Shown here piece by piece: positions 62,367-64,000 of a DNA stretch of 64,000 nt. Both the position numbers and the translations under genes were made by a program. The DNA lies in the NCBI RefSeq assembly GCF_964355755.1, contig NC_092675.1:14294912-14358911 (forward strand), read 5' to 3'. The stretch comes from Antedon mediterranea. Taxonomy: Eukaryota > Animalia > Echinodermata. The notes under the pieces were generated by a model. That model was given only the letters and a program-made list of their open reading frames with translations, had not been told where the DNA came from and ran no database searches. Within the stretch, counting starts at the first letter, position 1, and every line of letters begins with the position of its first letter.

Positions 62367-64000
62367 ATTCAAGCAAACACTTCGGTGAATTTAATAAATA
62401 TATATCATTAATTTATTTCCCAACCTACCTTCATCATACAATTAAAACAAAATCATTACGTAACTTTTCCTCACCTGCTTTTGAACGCAAACTATGCCAG
62501 GTGAACGTATTGTTATACTGATGATCCTGATGATGACACTGTTCTCTGACATTTTATGAAATGGTATTGCCATAACGTTTTTAATTTAGTCCGTCTGTGT
62601 GTATTATTTTTACCCATTATATCGTATTTTTATAATGTTTATATAATTATAATAAGTAACAAGCAAGACAATTTTGTATATTTCTTACATCTATTTCGTA
62701 TTTCATCCACCTAAATTATTACATTCTATCACGAATTGAAAAAAAAAAGTGGTTCATGTTTATTTACGTATCATTATTGTCAACAATTCTTAATATATAC
62801 GGTACTTTCTACTTTCTATCACCTTTCCAAGCTTTGACCTTCTTGCCAACGTCACATAATCCTCGTCACTGATTGGCTGGTTCTTACGATCATTGCGCTT
62901 ACGCTTACGAAAGTTGACTTCAAGTCAACTTTCGTAAGCGTAAGCGGAAGGGTATAAAATCGAATCGTAAGGCATGTTCATCCAGAAATTCACCGGTTTC
63001 CTGTCGAACCGTCGAATATCGACGTAACAGACGGAAGCTTCAGTCACCGGTTTCCTGTCAAACACTTGTACAACGACGATTTCTACTTGCGTTACGTCGT
63101 TTTGACATTTAGCTTTTTTCAACCGGTTTCCTGTCGATTTTCAATTTCCAATGTAAAAACGACGCAATCGTAAGAAATTCTAATTTCTTACGTCGACTGG
63201 AAACCAGGCTTTACGTTGATATCCGACGTTGATACAACATTAGAGAGTTTACGAAACACGACGGGAGCTAGGACAACGAGTGATTGGCAGCGATAGCCCC
63301 GCCCACTGGTGACACTAGCTGCCCAAAGTATGTAATATTGGTTATGTTTACATTACATGTTTTAGCAACTAAATAGTGGGATCCTAAATAGGGTTTGCAT
63401 TGATTTTTAAGGCCTAACTTAATAATATATAGGGGGCCTAAGATAGTCTATAATTATCACTTTTATTTAGGCCTTAGGTAGGCCTAGGCCTAACTAAATA
63501 ATGTTCCCCCTGCTGCCTACTACTACCTAGGCTACCCCATGCCTACTAGCGTAGGAATACTTAGATAGGGTCTACCTAGGCCTAGCTAGCTACAAACGAA
63601 GGGCCTTTCGGGGTCCCCCGGTCTAGACGCGTATTCTGTAGTAACATTAATATATTATAATGTTCAATATAAAGTTTACAGTTGAGTTCATAATTATATT
63701 TTAACAAATTGAATACACTATATACACACTGTAACAATAATAATTGGGCAATATTAAAAACAATGCAATATCAACAACTTTTAAAGTAAACATGCTTATG
63801 TATTCTGTAGTAACATTAATATATTTTAATGTTCAATATAAAGTTTAAACATTTGAGTTCATTTACAGTACTACTATAAATAAAATTTCCCTGAGACTTT
63901 ACAGTATACCTAACGAATATCAATCTGATTGTATGAATATTATCCAATGTATTACTGTATTATAATTAATAACTTTTAAAAAGGTGGAAAAATTGTTTTT

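Larger units (their letters stand above)
50220..63210 (+). mobile_element. PIF/Harbinger transposon 2 with nested Gypsy
   Basis: 25-bp perfect TIR agcctggtttccagtcgacgtaaga; flanks TAA (50217-50219) and TTA (63211-63213); transposase plus MADF gene. Confidence 0.93.

Noticed and set aside
63241-64000. Start of another element (tagagagtttacgaaacacgacgg...) and a short duplication at 63631/63800
   Set aside because: Resembles a transposon end, but there is no partner terminus or coding evidence in the window

Overview
AT-rich eukaryotic (invertebrate-looking) heterochromatin made almost entirely of nested repeats; I recognise no host gene. A ~78-88 bp satellite (7754-12508, 24451-36471, 43864-44150) is interrupted by layered insertions. 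(i) A degenerate Chapaev/RAG1-like element with a CACAG terminus ends at 7753, and a Harbinger MITE lies at 1944-3019. (ii) A Helentron-like short element contains a complete PIF/Harbinger transposon (12682-23834), which contains a full Ty3/Gypsy LTR element (15123-21411). (iii) A broken large transposase element (37068-43863) carries two head-to-head nested Helitron copies that form a 2.85 kb inverted repeat. (iv) A second, different Harbinger (50220-63210) also contains a Gypsy element (53095-61488), this one young and intact with an atypical HHDD RT motif, and its MADF gene appears interleaved with its transposase gene. Coordinates were counted by hand. Family names rest on motif recognition, not database searches.
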